Shown here: in pieces, positions 46,534 through 58,058 of the stretch
Position numbering within the stretch: the stretch's first letter is position 1
Layout of the letters: each line of letters opens with the position of its first letter
NCBI RefSeq assembly: GCF_041913365.1
Contig: NZ_JAYSFM010000004.1
Coordinates: 34,348-98,347, forward strand
Source of the DNA: Nocardioides sp.
GTDB lineage: Bacteria; Actinomycetota; Actinomycetes; Propionibacteriales; Nocardioidaceae
DNA length: 64,000 nt
Direction of reading: 5' to 3'
Program-made: the position numbers and the translations under genes
Notes under the pieces: generated by a model
The model's database searches: none
What the model saw: only the letters and a program-made list of their open reading frames with translations
Told to the model about the DNA's origin: nothing

Positions 46534-48662
46534 CGGGCCGCGCTGCGATCGGTGAGCGTGAGGTGCACGAGAGTGATCGTCTCCGGTCGGCGACGGGGAA
46601 TCCAGTAGCCGCGGGCGTCGAGCACCGCGCCGCGGACGGCGACGCCGTCGGTCGGGCCCTCCTCGGGCAGCGGCACCGACCGGCTGACCGGACGGTGGAC
46701 GACGGGGCCCGCCCAGCGCAGGTCGTACGACGCCTCCTGCCGCAGGCCGGGCACGCGCACCACGGTGCCGCGGTTGCTCGCGGACTCGTCGAGCTGCACG
46801 TGCGCGACGAGCGCCTCGCTGCCGTCGCGGGCCACGACCCCGTGCAGCATCACGGCCGGGTCCGCGGACTCCGGTCGCACCGTCCGGCCGGAGTGCAGCA
46901 GGTGCCGGAAGTGCTTGTGCAGGCCGACCCACCCGGCCAGCGCGGCCAGCTCGTCGTCGGTCGCGGTGCTGAGGTCCCACTCCACGCCGAAGGCGCCGAA
47001 GAGGGCCGTCGCCGCGCGGAAGTCGAGCGGCAGCGTCCGACCGGTCTGGTGGGCGACCGGTGCGCTGACGTGCGCGCCGAGGTACTCCGGCGCCACCAGC
47101 TGGCCGGTCCAGCGCTGGATGTGCTGGCGCGCGAGCGCGTCGGTCATGTCGGACGTCCACACGCGCTGGGTGCGCTCCAGCACCCCGAGGTCGATGCGGC
47201 CGCCGCCGGAGGCGCAGGTCTCCCAGGCGATCCGCGGGTGCAGCCGGCGCAGCGAGTCCAGCAACCGGTAGAAGGCGAGCGTGTGCTCGCGCACCGCCGA
47301 CGACCCGCCCCGCGCGCCCGAGCCCGCCTCCAGCAGCTCGCGGTTGTGGTCCCACTTGACGTAGTCGATCGGCGCCGAGGAGAGCACCGAGTCGACCCGG
47401 TCGTGGACGTGCTGCCAGACCTCGGGGCGGGACAGGTCGAGCACGAGCTGGTTGCGGTGCAGCTGCGGCACCCGCGCGCCCGCCGAGAGGATCCAGTCCG
47501 GGTGCGCGCGGTAGAGCTCGGAGTCGGGGTTGACCATCTCGGGCTCGAACCACAGCCCGAACTGCATGCCCAGCGAGCGCACGTGGTCGGCGATGGGCGC
47601 CAGACCCTCCGGCCACACGTCGGGGTCGACCCACCAGTCGCCGAGGCCAGCGGTGTCGTCGCGTCGCCCGTGGAACCACCCGTCGTCGAGGACGAAGCGC
47701 TCGATGCCGATGCCCGCCGCGCGGTCGGCGATCTGGTGGAGCCGCGCGAGGTCGTGGTCGAACCAGACGGCCTCCCAGACGTTGAGGACCACCGGCTGGT
47801 GGCCGGGGTGCGCGGTCAGCGAGCGCTCGTAGGTGTGGAACGCCTCGGCCAGGCCGTCGAGACCGCCGTCCGACGCGCCGAAGACCACCCAGGGCGAGGC
47901 GTACTCCTCACCCTGCGCGAGCCGCACCTCGCCGGGCTGCAGCAGCTCGCCGCCGCCCAGGGTCGTGCCGAGGTCGGGAGAGCGCTCCGCCCGCAGGAGG
48001 CTGTTGCCGCTCCACGCGACGTGCACCCCGAGGACCGTGCCGGAGCGGGTGCCGAAGCCCCGCGTGCCGAGGACGGCCATCGTCGCGCCGCCGAGGCCGG
48101 GCCGACCCTCGCGTCCCTCGCGCAGCCACATCCCGTCGGTGACGGTGTGCCGCTGCGGCGTGCGCTCGCCCTCGTGCCGGCCGGTGAAGTCCAGCAGCTC
48201 GACGAGGTCGTCGGCAGCGGGCAGCACCACCTCCAGGCCGGTGAGCACGTAGGTCCCCGCGCCGGTGCTGCGCACCGTGTGCCGACCCCGCAGCAGGCCG
48301 CCAGGGAGCGCCTCGAGCTCGGTGGTGAGCCGCAGCCCCGCCGCGTCGTCGTACGCCGTGAGCGTGAGCGTGTCGTCGGTGGCCGACAGGTCCTCGACGA
48401 GGAAGCGCGTCGACCACGCCGCGTCCGAGTCGGGCGCGTCGACCCGGTGCCCGCGCAGGTGGGGCCGGGTGAACAGCTCGTGCGCGTGCTCGCCCAGCAG
48501 CGGGACGCCCGGCCCGCGGAACGTGGACGGGTAGCCGGCCGCGTGGGCCGTCTCGCCGGAGGCCACGCCCGCCCAGAGGATCCGGGGGAGCAGGTCCTGC
48601 GAGGTGTCCAGCTCGAGGGTGAGCCGGGCGGGGCCGGTCGGGTCGCGGGGAGGGAAGAGCAT
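46530..48662 (-). CDS. GH36 alpha-galactosidase
   Basis: VLNVWEA, FVLDDGWF, FGLWFEPEMVN, YVKWDHNR, TCASGGGRID, WTSDMTD. Confidence 0.93.
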   Translation of the reverse strand: MLFPPRDPTGPARLTLELDTSQDLLPRILWAGVASGETAHAAGYPSTFRGPGVPLLGEHAHELFTRPHLRGHRVDAPDSDAAWSTRFLVEDLSATDDTLTLTAYDDAAGLRLTTELEALPGGLLRGRHTVRSTGAGTYVLTGLEVVLPAADDLVELLDFTGRHEGERTPQRHTVTDGMWLREGREGRPGLGGATMAVLGTRGFGTRSGTVLGVHVAWSGNSLLRAERSPDLGTTLGGGELLQPGEVRLAQGEEYASPWVVFGASDGGLDGLAEAFHTYERSLTAHPGHQPVVLNVWEAVWFDHDLARLHQIADRAAGIGIERFVLDDGWFHGRRDDTAGLGDWWVDPDVWPEGLAPIADHVRSLGMQFGLWFEPEMVNPDSELYRAHPDWILSAGARVPQLHRNQLVLDLSRPEVWQHVHDRVDSVLSSAPIDYVKWDHNRELLEAGSGARGGSSAVREHTLAFYRLLDSLRRLHPRIAWETCASGGGRIDLGVLERTQRVWTSDMTDALARQHIQRWTGQLVAPEYLGAHVSAPVAHQTGRTLPLDFRAATALFGAFGVEWDLSTATDDELAALAGWVGLHKHFRHLLHSGRTVRPESADPAVMLHGVVARDGSEALVAHVQLDESASNRGTVVRVPGLRQEASYDLRWAGPVVHRPVSRSVPLPEEGPTDGVAVRGAVLDARGYWIPRRRPETITLVHLTLTDRSAAR

Positions 48663-48691
48663 GGCTCGCTTCCGAGATCGTCAGGACAGGT

Positions 48692-48728
48692 CGTACGCCG
48701 CCCGGCGGCCGGCGCCGGGCAGCGTACG
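48692..48728. terminator. Intra-operon hairpin between permease and alpha-galactosidase genes
   Basis: 16-bp stem, 1 mismatch (T-G on the minus strand). Confidence 0.45.
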
Positions 48729-48733
48729 TGCCG

Positions 48734-49666
48734 TCACCCCTTGACGGCTCCGGCGGTCAGGCCGCGGACGAAGAACCGCTGCAGCGAGAAGAAGACCATC
48801 ATCGGCAGCACCATCGAGATGAAGGCGCCGGCCGTCAGCAGCTCGGCTCCCTGCCCCTGCGTGCCGAGGAGCTGCTGGAGCTTCACGATGACCGTCGCAT
48901 TGTCGGCGCTGAGGAACAGCTTGGCGATGAGGAGGTCGTTCCACACCCAGATGAACTGCAGGATGGCGAACGCCGCGAGCGCCGGAACCGACATGGGCAC
49001 GATCAGCCTCCAGAAGGTCTGGAAGTGCGTCGCCCCATCGATCTTGGCCGACTCGATCACCGTCTTGGGCAGCGTGGACATGTAGTTGCGCAAGGTGTAG
49101 ATCGCCAGTGGCATGCCGAAGCCGGTGTGCAGGATCCAGACGGCGATGTACTGGCCCGAGATGCCCAGGCCCCGCGGTCCGAGGATGTCGAGCATCGGCG
49201 CGAACGCCACCTGGATCGGCACCACCAGCACGGCGACGATCGAGATGAACAGCACGTCCTTGCCGCGGAAGTCCATGAACGAGAAGGCGTAGGCGGCGAA
49301 CGCCGCGAACATGATCGGGATGATCGTGGCGGGGATGGCCACGACGATGCTGTTGAGGAAGCCGGCGCCCATGTCGCTGGTCCCGCCGAAGACGCCGGAG
49401 TAGTTGGCCGTCGTCCAGTTCGAGGTGATGGGGTTGAGCAGGGCCGACCACCAGCCCGAAGTGGCCGCGTCCTCGCGCGAACGGAACGAGGTGACGAGGA
49501 GGCCGATGGTGGGGATCGACCAGAGCACGGTGAGCACGACCATGGAGACCACGGCGACCCAGCTGCGGGGCCGGCCGTCCTTCATCTTGGTCAGGGTGCC
49601 CCTGGGCTTGATGCCGGCCGCCTGGGCCCTGTCGGTGTCTTCGGGCACCGCGAGCGCGTGCGTCAT
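48734..49666 (-). CDS. Carbohydrate ABC permease (MalG-type)
   Basis: IESAKIDGA loop, FIWVWNDLL; ATGA overlap. Confidence 0.9.
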   Translation of the reverse strand: MTHALAVPEDTDRAQAAGIKPRGTLTKMKDGRPRSWVAVVSMVVLTVLWSIPTIGLLVTSFRSREDAATSGWWSALLNPITSNWTTANYSGVFGGTSDMGAGFLNSIVVAIPATIIPIMFAAFAAYAFSFMDFRGKDVLFISIVAVLVVPIQVAFAPMLDILGPRGLGISGQYIAVWILHTGFGMPLAIYTLRNYMSTLPKTVIESAKIDGATHFQTFWRLIVPMSVPALAAFAILQFIWVWNDLLIAKLFLSADNATVIVKLQQLLGTQGQGAELLTAGAFISMVLPMMVFFSLQRFFVRGLTAGAVKG

Positions 49667-50832
49667 CGGTTCGCCTCCTCTTCCCGGAAGTGCCGCACTT
49701 GCCAGACGAGCACCGGCATCACGGCGATCAACAGGATCACGACGATCGCCGCTGCCTGACCTGCCTGGTCGTCGGCGAAGAGCTTGTTGAAGAACAGGTT
49801 GGCGATGACGTTGGTCTTGAAGTTGCCGTTGGTCGACACGTAGACGATGTCGAAGACCTTCAGGACCAGGATCACCACGGTGATGAAGACGGTGATGATC
49901 GTTCCCTTGATCTGCGGGATCACGACCCGCCAGAAGATCTGCAGCTCCGACGCGCCGTCGATCCGGGCCGCCTCCAGGGTCTCCTCGGGCACCCCTTTGA
50001 TGGCCGAGGAGAGCAGGATCATCGCGAAGCCCACCTGGAGCCAGACGAGGATGACCATCAGCAGCAGCGAGTTGAGCCGCGCGGTCGAGATCTGCAACCA
50101 GGTCTGTGCCTCGCCGCCCAGGCTGGTCACGATCGCGTTGAGGAGGCCGGTCGTGTCGAAGGCGTAGATCAGGCTCCAGATGGCGGTTGCGCCGACGAAC
50201 GAGATCGCCATCGGCAGGAAGATCAGGCTCTTGCTCACCTGCTCGCCGCGGGTGGAGAGCTTGTCGGCGAGCACGGCGACGAGCACTCCGAAGGCGACGG
50301 TCACCGCGGGCACGAGCAGCAGCCACAGCACGTTGTTGAGGATCGAGTCGCGGAACGCCTGCGAGGAGAAGACCTCACGGTAGTTGGCGAACCCGACGTA
50401 CTCGGTCGAGTCGTCGTTGGCGAAGGAGTAGTTGATCGTCTGGATCGTGGGGTAGAGGAGCATCACCGCGATCGCCGCGAAGGCCGGCAGCAGGTAGGCG
50501 TACGGCGTGGCCAGCAACGACAGGCGCTCGGGCAGGCCCTCGACGAACATGTTCAGGAAGAAGAAGAAGAGGTACGCGCCGCCGACCCCCGCGACGAGCG
50601 CGAGGACGCCGATGAGGATCTTGCTGTCGAAGAACCAGTTGGGGTAGTAGCCGAACGCCAGGAACAGGTTGCCGATGGCCCAGGCCACGACCCCCATCCC
50701 GACGAGCCCGATGCCGAGCTTGCGAGCGTCCGCCTTCGCCGAGCCGCTGCCTCCCCCGGACTCGCCCGGTCCGTCGGGCATGCCGGGGGGTGGAGTTCCG
50801 CCCCGCTCCTTGAGGTCGTCGCCGACGGTCAC
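49663..50832 (-). CDS. Carbohydrate ABC permease (MalF-type)
   Basis: EAARIDGASELQIFWRV, LKVFDIV. Confidence 0.9.
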   Translation of the reverse strand: MTVGDDLKERGGTPPPGMPDGPGESGGGSGSAKADARKLGIGLVGMGVVAWAIGNLFLAFGYYPNWFFDSKILIGVLALVAGVGGAYLFFFFLNMFVEGLPERLSLLATPYAYLLPAFAAIAVMLLYPTIQTINYSFANDDSTEYVGFANYREVFSSQAFRDSILNNVLWLLLVPAVTVAFGVLVAVLADKLSTRGEQVSKSLIFLPMAISFVGATAIWSLIYAFDTTGLLNAIVTSLGGEAQTWLQISTARLNSLLLMVILVWLQVGFAMILLSSAIKGVPEETLEAARIDGASELQIFWRVVIPQIKGTIITVFITVVILVLKVFDIVYVSTNGNFKTNVIANLFFNKLFADDQAGQAAAIVVILLIAVMPVLVWQVRHFREEEANR

Positions 50833-52196
50833 TGCTCCGACTCCTCACCACTGGCCGGCCAGCTGTCCTCCAGCGCATCCGTCGTGGCCTGCGTCGAGGC
50901 GCCGTCGATCCACTTGACCATCTCGGTCCAGAACGTGCCCGACCCGACGGTCTTCGGCATGAGGTCGGACGCGTCGTAGCTGGTCGCCGACGCCTCGTAG
51001 GCCATCGCAGCGATCTGGCGCGTCGTCTCGTTGGGGTAGTTGGAGACGTCGAAGGTGGTGTGCGGGGACAGCCAGCCACCTGCCTGGGCCCACTCGGCCC
51101 CGAAGGCGTCGGAGGTCAGGAACCTCATGAACTCCGCCGCGTCCTCGTCGTTGCCGTTGAACACGGCGGCGTAGTCGCCACCGACCAGGGTCGGGTCGCC
51201 GTCGTAGCCGCCCTCGTAGCGCGGGAACTTGAAGACGCCCACGCGATTGTCGAGGTCTTCTTGCACCTCGGCCGGGAAGAACCCGATGCCGAAGTTGCCC
51301 TGGCGCTCCATCCAGCACTCGGGCTTGGCCTCGAACATCGGGAACGCCGCCTCGGCGAACGGCGTGTTGAGGATGCGCTGGCTGCCGCCGAGGACCATCC
51401 CGTCCGCCTTGGCGATCTCGCCGAACACGTCGAAGGCCTTGACGACCTGCGGGTCGTTGAACGGGATCTCGTGGCTCACCCAGTCGTCGTAGACGTCGGG
51501 ACCAGCCGTCACCAGGAGCATCTGCTCGATCCAGTCGGTGCCGACCCAGCCGGTGGCCTGGTCGGACTCCCAGCCCATGCACCAGGGGGTCTCGCCGTCG
51601 GCGATCAGCTGGTCGCTGAACTCCATCAGGTCCTGGTAGGTGTCGAACTCCTTCGGGTAACCGGCCGCCTCCCACTCGGGCTTGGGGTAGTAGACGACGC
51701 TCTTGACCGCCATCCGCATCGGAGCGGCGTACACGCGTCCGTCGAAGCGCGCGAAGTCGAGGAAGCCCGGCACCAGCGTCCGGTCGAGGTTGTCGTAGTC
51801 GAGGAAGGTGTCGATCGGCTGCACCGCACCGTCCTCGACGAACTCTGCGATGCCACCCGGCTGGGGGAACAGCCCGATGTCGGGGCTGTCGCCACTTCCC
51901 ACGCGGGTCTTGATGGTGGTGGTGAAGTCCTGGTCGGCCGTGTACTTGACGTCGATGCCGGACTCGTCCTCGAACGCCTTGATGGACGCCTCGAACGCTT
52001 CCTGCTCCGTGCCGCCGAAGGCACCCAGCACGGTGACCTCGCCGTCCCCGTCGGCCTGCGCGTTGTCGACGTAGCCCTCGAGCCCGGCACCGGCGCCGGC
52101 TCCACCGTTGGACGGCTGCAGGCACCCGGTGGCCCCCACTGCCAGCGTCAAACCGATTCCCAGCGCCGCTAGCCGACGCGTCTTCCGTGAGCGCAT
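50829..52196 (-). CDS. Carbohydrate ABC substrate-binding lipoprotein (AglE-like)
   Basis: ATGC lipobox; WCMGWES..ATGWVGTDWIE, DASDLMP. Confidence 0.88.
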   Translation of the reverse strand: MRSRKTRRLAALGIGLTLAVGATGCLQPSNGGAGAGAGLEGYVDNAQADGDGEVTVLGAFGGTEQEAFEASIKAFEDESGIDVKYTADQDFTTTIKTRVGSGDSPDIGLFPQPGGIAEFVEDGAVQPIDTFLDYDNLDRTLVPGFLDFARFDGRVYAAPMRMAVKSVVYYPKPEWEAAGYPKEFDTYQDLMEFSDQLIADGETPWCMGWESDQATGWVGTDWIEQMLLVTAGPDVYDDWVSHEIPFNDPQVVKAFDVFGEIAKADGMVLGGSQRILNTPFAEAAFPMFEAKPECWMERQGNFGIGFFPAEVQEDLDNRVGVFKFPRYEGGYDGDPTLVGGDYAAVFNGNDEDAAEFMRFLTSDAFGAEWAQAGGWLSPHTTFDVSNYPNETTRQIAAMAYEASATSYDASDLMPKTVGSGTFWTEMVKWIDGASTQATTDALEDSWPASGEESEQ

Positions 52197-52253
52197 GCGA
52201 TGAGCCTCTTCTCCTGGTTGACGGGCCTACCCGCGCCAATCGGGGTGTCGTAC

Positions 52254-52285
52254 TGTGACGTACGCCACTGCTGAATCGAATCAGC
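52254..52285. promoter_or_regulatory. CRP-like site TGTGA-CGTACG-CCACT abutting a LacI-type operator GCTGAATCGAATCAGC
   Basis: Operator 52270-52285 is one base from a perfect palindrome with central CG; lies between the divergent SBP and LacI genes. Confidence 0.6.
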
Positions 52286-52398
52286 CGCATCATGTTCGGC
52301 TCGCGGGTCAGGTGTCAAGCAACGGTTCGAGCACGAGGTCCCGCGAGGCAGGCGAGTGCTGCGGCAGGATCTGGCACGCCTTGGACGAGGGGAGAGGC

Positions 52399-53409
52399 AT
52401 GGTGAAGAGGCGACGCGTCGTGCTGTCCGACGTCGCTGCGGAGGCGGGTGTGTCGACGACGACCGCGTCGTACATCCTCAACGGCCGGGCCGACGAGATG
52501 CGGATCGCGACCGAGACCGAGGAGCGGGTGCGGGCAGCCGTCGCCCGCCTGGGCTACCGGCCGAATCGCAGTGCCCGCAGCCTGCGCACGCGGCGTACGG
52601 CGACGGTCGGGCTGATCTCCGACCAGATCGCCGGCGAGCAGTACGGCAGCAGCATGCTCACTGGCGCGAGCCTCGCGGCGCGCGAGCTCGACCACGTCGT
52701 GGTGATGGGTGAGAGCGGCGGCGACCGGGAGCTCGAGCGGCTGCTGATCGAGGAGATGGTCGAGCGCGAGGTGGACGGGGTGGTCTATGCCACCCGCACG
52801 GCTCGGACCGTCCACCTCCCCGAGGAGCTGCAGGGCACCCGGTGCGTCCTGCTCAACTGCGAGGATCCCGACCGGACCCTGCCCGCGGTGGTGCCCGACG
52901 ACGAGGGCGGTGGTCGGCAGGCCGCCGCGGTGCTGCTCGAGGCCGGCGTCGAGGACGTGTGGGTCGTGGGCGAGGACCCGACCCCCGAGGCGACCGCCGG
53001 ACCGCGGCGCATGTGGGGCGTGCGGGCGGAGCTCGCGGCGAGCGGTGTGGCCCTGGCCGGGATCGTCCCGTGCGACTGGTCCGTCACCGCGGGGTTCGAC
53101 GCAGCGTCGCGGTGGCTGGCCGCAGGTGGGCGGGCCGGCGGTCTGGTGTGCATGAACGACCGGGTCGCGATGGGCGTCTACCAGGCGCTGGCCGAGGCCG
53201 GGCTGCGGGTGCCCGACGACGTCAGCGTGGTCTCCTTCGACGGCTCGGCGCTCGCCGGCTGGTTGCGTCCCGTGCTGACCTCCGTCGAGCTGCCGTTCAC
53301 CGAGCTCGGCGCACTCGCCGTACGTCGCCTGCTCGACGCCACCGACACGGGCGGGACGGTCTCGGTGCCGATGGTCGTACGACACGGAGGATCGGTCCGC
53401 TCCCGCTGA
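52399..53409 (+). CDS. LacI-family regulator
   Basis: LSDVAAEAGVSTTTASYILNG...LGYRPN. Confidence 0.93.
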   Translation: MVKRRRVVLSDVAAEAGVSTTTASYILNGRADEMRIATETEERVRAAVARLGYRPNRSARSLRTRRTATVGLISDQIAGEQYGSSMLTGASLAARELDHVVVMGESGGDRELERLLIEEMVEREVDGVVYATRTARTVHLPEELQGTRCVLLNCEDPDRTLPAVVPDDEGGGRQAAAVLLEAGVEDVWVVGEDPTPEATAGPRRMWGVRAELAASGVALAGIVPCDWSVTAGFDAASRWLAAGGRAGGLVCMNDRVAMGVYQALAEAGLRVPDDVSVVSFDGSALAGWLRPVLTSVELPFTELGALAVRRLLDATDTGGTVSVPMVVRHGGSVRSR

Positions 53410-53452
53410 GCGGTGGACGGCGGCGTTGCCACCGCAGGTCGCGCGGACCTAC

Positions 53453-53468
53453 TGTGACCCGCGTCACT
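53453..53468. promoter_or_regulatory. CRP/GlxR-like site TGTGA-CCCGCG-TCACT
   Basis: One mismatch to TGTGA-N6-TCACA, 50 nt upstream of the sugar ATPase gene. Confidence 0.55.
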
Positions 53469-53517
53469 TCACTACGGATCGTCCGGCACGTACCTGCCGG
53501 TGAAGGAGAGCAGAACA

Positions 53518-54603
<1,086 letters not shown>

Positions 54604-54619
54604 GAGCACCCGTTCCACA

Positions 54620-54782
54620 GGTGGTCGAGTAGCCGAGCGAGGACCGCACTGCAGGTGGTCGAGTAGTCGAGCGCCAGCGAGCGGCGTATCGAGACCCACT
54701 CGCGATGAGGGGGTCTCGATACGCCGCTCGCTGCGCTCGCGTGCTACTCGACCAACTGCACCGCTGGCGCTACTCGACCACC
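54620..54782. repeat. REP cluster (GGTCGAGTAG / GTATCGAGACC type) forming a large imperfect palindrome
   Basis: 21-bp perfect inverted repeat 54677-54697/54711-54731; GTGGTCGAGTAG x2 on the left, CTACTCGACCA x2 on the right. Confidence 0.9.
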
Positions 54783-56137
54783 GAAAGAGTGTGGATGCGC
54801 GCGGTGCCGCCCTCGGCGAAGACCGAGATGCCGGTGCTCGCCGGGTCGGGGAAGACCTGCTCGGTGAGCACGACCTCACCGCCACCGACGAAGACCTCCA
54901 CCGAGGTCATGTCGACGACCACCTCGAGGCGTACGACGTCCGCGTCCGGCAGCGGCGCGGCGTGGAGCGCGGCGAACGCGGGGTGCGTGGCCTCGCCCGC
55001 GGCCGTGCGGTCGACCGACACCGTGAGAGCGTCCGGGTCGACGGCAACGGTGGTCCGCTCGCCGTCGCCGACGCGCAGGTGGAGCCCGAACCGCTGCGCC
55101 GTGCCGGCCTCGAGGTCCGCCACGACCCGGCACGAGCGCGCGACGACCGGGAGCGGTCGCTCGCCGGCGACGTCGACCTCCTCGAGCGAGCAGCGCACCT
55201 CACCTGGGCGCACGACCGGCCGCTGCACGAGGACCAGGTCGCTGCCTCGCCGGCGCAGGGTCAGTCGTCGGGCGACCGTCATCGACCCGCGGAAGTCCGT
55301 CGCGGGCACCGTGTCGGCGTACAGCCAGTTGCTCATCCAGCCCTGGATGACCGGCTCCTCGCCGGGCGCGTCCGTGTAGGAGACCGCGGCGTAGCAGTCG
55401 GGGCCGTGGTCGAGCCAGCGTGCCGGCTGCGTGGAGCGGAAGCCGGCCTCCGTCAGCTCGCCCACGAAGTACTGCATGCCGGAGCCCCCCGCGGGGGCGC
55501 CGGCCGAGACGCTCACCAGCAGCACGTCCGCGGTGTCCCCGGTGCTCTCCACGGGCACGGTGACGACGTCAGGGCACTCCCACACGCCCTCGACGGAGCC
55601 CTCGGGCCCGAAGATCGAGTGGTGGGTCCACGCGAGCAGGTCGGGGGAGCGGTAGAGGTCGACGGTGCGGTCGTCCGCGCGCACCACGACCATCGCCCAG
55701 CCGTCGCCGTGACGGAAGACCTTCGGGTCGCGGAACGACGTGGAGCCCACGTCGAGCACCGGGTTGCCGGGGTGGGGCACCCACGTCCGGCCGCGGTCGG
55801 TGCTGAAGGCCAGCGACTGCGCCTGGCGCCCGGTGGCGGGGTCGAAGGCTGTGTAGGCCGCGACGAGTCGATCGTGGCTGGCGTCGTGGACGACGCTGCC
55901 CGACCACACGTGCTCCTCGTCGGTCGCGAGCAGCGCCGTGGGGAGCTCGGTCCAGTCGACGAGGTCGGCGCTGACCGCGTGACCCCACGAGATCGGCCCG
56001 TGCACGAGGGCGTGGGGGTGGTGCTGGAAGAACAGGTGGAACTCGCCGTCGTGGTGGATCAGCCCGTTGGGGTCGTTGAGCCAGCCGCGTCGCGGCGTGA
56101 AGTGGTCACGTGGGCGCAGGGTCGGGTCGTTGCTCAC
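54770..56137 (-). CDS. GH32 beta-fructofuranosidase/levanase
   Basis: WLNDPNG, FRDPK, WECPD catalytic motifs. Confidence 0.93.
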   Translation of the reverse strand: MSNDPTLRPRDHFTPRRGWLNDPNGLIHHDGEFHLFFQHHPHALVHGPISWGHAVSADLVDWTELPTALLATDEEHVWSGSVVHDASHDRLVAAYTAFDPATGRQAQSLAFSTDRGRTWVPHPGNPVLDVGSTSFRDPKVFRHGDGWAMVVVRADDRTVDLYRSPDLLAWTHHSIFGPEGSVEGVWECPDVVTVPVESTGDTADVLLVSVSAGAPAGGSGMQYFVGELTEAGFRSTQPARWLDHGPDCYAAVSYTDAPGEEPVIQGWMSNWLYADTVPATDFRGSMTVARRLTLRRRGSDLVLVQRPVVRPGEVRCSLEEVDVAGERPLPVVARSCRVVADLEAGTAQRFGLHLRVGDGERTTVAVDPDALTVSVDRTAAGEATHPAFAALHAAPLPDADVVRLEVVVDMTSVEVFVGGGEVVLTEQVFPDPASTGISVFAEGGTARIHTLSVVE

Positions 56138-56200
56138 GACCCGTCAGCGTAGGGCGCTCGGCCGGTGACCGGGAGGCGTTGTGTCGCCATACTGAGTGCC

Positions 56201-58051
56201 GTGCCAGACGTTGCAGCAGAGGAAGCGTTCGAGGCCCGGCTGCACGCCCTCGTACCGGACCTGCGCGACACCCTCGAGCGGGTCTACGGCGCCGACTCGG
56301 CGGCCGACGTGACCGACCGGCTGGTCGCGATCGCCCGAGCCGCCCACGACGCCAGGCCCGTCGAGCTGCGCGCCCTCGACGAGGAGCGGCTGCGCACGCC
56401 TGACTGGTTCCAGCGGCCCGGGATGGTGGGCTACGCCGCCTACGCCGACCGCTTCGCCGGCACGCTGGCCGGCGTCGGGGAGCGCGCGGCGTACCTCCGC
56501 GACCTGGGTGTCGGCTACCTGCACCTGATGCCGCTGCTGACGCCGCGCCCGGCACCCAACGACGGCGGCTACGCGGTGATGGACTACCGCTCGGTGCGGC
56601 CCGACCTGGGCACCGTCGACGACCTGCGCGACCTGGCCACCACGCTGCGGGGCGAGGGGATCAGCCTGTGCCTCGACCTCGTCCTCAACCACGTCGCGCG
56701 CGAGCACGAGTGGGCCGTCGCCGCCCGCGCCGGCGACCCCGACAAGCGCGCCTACTTCCACGTGTACGACGACCGGTCGGCGCCCGACGCCTACGAGGCC
56801 ACGCTGCCGGAGGTCTTCCCCGACTTCGCGCCGGGCAACTTCACCTGGGACGACGAGCTCGCCGGCTGGGTCTGGACGACCTTCAACGACTACCAGTGGG
56901 ACGTGGACTGGTCGAACCCCGCCGTCCTCTGCGAGTACGCCGACATCATCCTCAGCCTCGCCAACGCCGGGGTCGAGGTCTTCCGGCTCGACGCGATCGC
57001 CTTCATCTGGAAGCGACTGGGCACCGCCTGCCAGAACCAGCCCGAGGTGCACGAGCTCACCCGCGCGCTGCGCACGGTGGCGCGGATCGCCGCGCCGGCC
57101 GTGCTGTTCAAGGCGGAGGCGATCGTCGGCCCGGCCGACCTGCCCGCCTACCTCGGCGTCGGTCGCCACCGCGGCCGGGTCAGCGACCTGGCCTACCACA
57201 ACGGGCTGATGGTCCAGGTCTGGTCGATGCTCGCCTCGGGCGAGGTGGCGCTGACCGCACACGCCCTCCAGCAGCTGCCACAACCGCCCTCCACCACCGC
57301 CTGGGTCACCTACGCCCGGTGCCACGACGACATCGGCTGGGCCGTCTCCGACGAGGACGCGCGCGCCGTCGGCCTCGACCCGGTGGCGCACCGCCGCTTC
57401 CTCTCCGACTGGTACTCCGGCGCCTTCCCCGGCTCGTGGGCCCGCGGGCTGGTCTTCCAGCAGAACGAGGCCACGGGGGACCGCCGGATCTCCGGGTCGC
57501 TCGCGTCGCTGGCCGGGCTCGAGGCCGGCGACCCGGGCGCCACCGCACGCATCCTGCTGGCGCACGCCGTGGTCCTCGCCTTCGGGGGCCTCCCGGTGAT
57601 CTGGATGGGTGACGAGCTCGGGCTGCTCAACGACGCCGGCTGGGCCGACGACCCGGCGCACGCCGCGGACAACCGCTGGGTGCACCGGCCCCGGATGCCG
57701 TGGCCGGAGGTGGAGGCGGGTCGCGACCAGCACGGCATCACGGTCGGCCTGCGGCACCTGATCGACGTACGCCGCTCGCTGCCGCACCTGCACGCTGCCT
57801 CGCCCACCGAGGTGTGGGACCCGCGGGATCCGCGCGTGCTGCTGGTGGTCCGCCGGCACCCGACCGGCCCCCTGCTCGCCGCGTTCAACGTGAGCGGCGA
57901 GGAGGCACGCGTGGAGGCGGACGTGCTGCACTGGCTCGGGCTGCACACCCCGGGCCTCCGCGACGCGATCAGCGGGACCGCCCCCTCGCTGGTCGAGGGT
58001 GCGGTCCCGCTGGAGCCGTACGCCGCCGTGTGGCTCCACGACGGCGACTAG
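56201..58051 (+). CDS. Amylosucrase-like GH13_4 enzyme
   Basis: [36 protein letters not shown]; leaderless CATACT-7nt-GTG. Confidence 0.88.
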   Translation: MPDVAAEEAFEARLHALVPDLRDTLERVYGADSAADVTDRLVAIARAAHDARPVELRALDEERLRTPDWFQRPGMVGYAAYADRFAGTLAGVGERAAYLRDLGVGYLHLMPLLTPRPAPNDGGYAVMDYRSVRPDLGTVDDLRDLATTLRGEGISLCLDLVLNHVAREHEWAVAARAGDPDKRAYFHVYDDRSAPDAYEATLPEVFPDFAPGNFTWDDELAGWVWTTFNDYQWDVDWSNPAVLCEYADIILSLANAGVEVFRLDAIAFIWKRLGTACQNQPEVHELTRALRTVARIAAPAVLFKAEAIVGPADLPAYLGVGRHRGRVSDLAYHNGLMVQVWSMLASGEVALTAHALQQLPQPPSTTAWVTYARCHDDIGWAVSDEDARAVGLDPVAHRRFLSDWYSGAFPGSWARGLVFQQNEATGDRRISGSLASLAGLEAGDPGATARILLAHAVVLAFGGLPVIWMGDELGLLNDAGWADDPAHAADNRWVHRPRMPWPEVEAGRDQHGITVGLRHLIDVRRSLPHLHAASPTEVWDPRDPRVLLVVRRHPTGPLLAAFNVSGEEARVEADVLHWLGLHTPGLRDAISGTAPSLVEGAVPLEPYAAVWLHDGD

Positions 58052-58058
58052 TGCGGTC

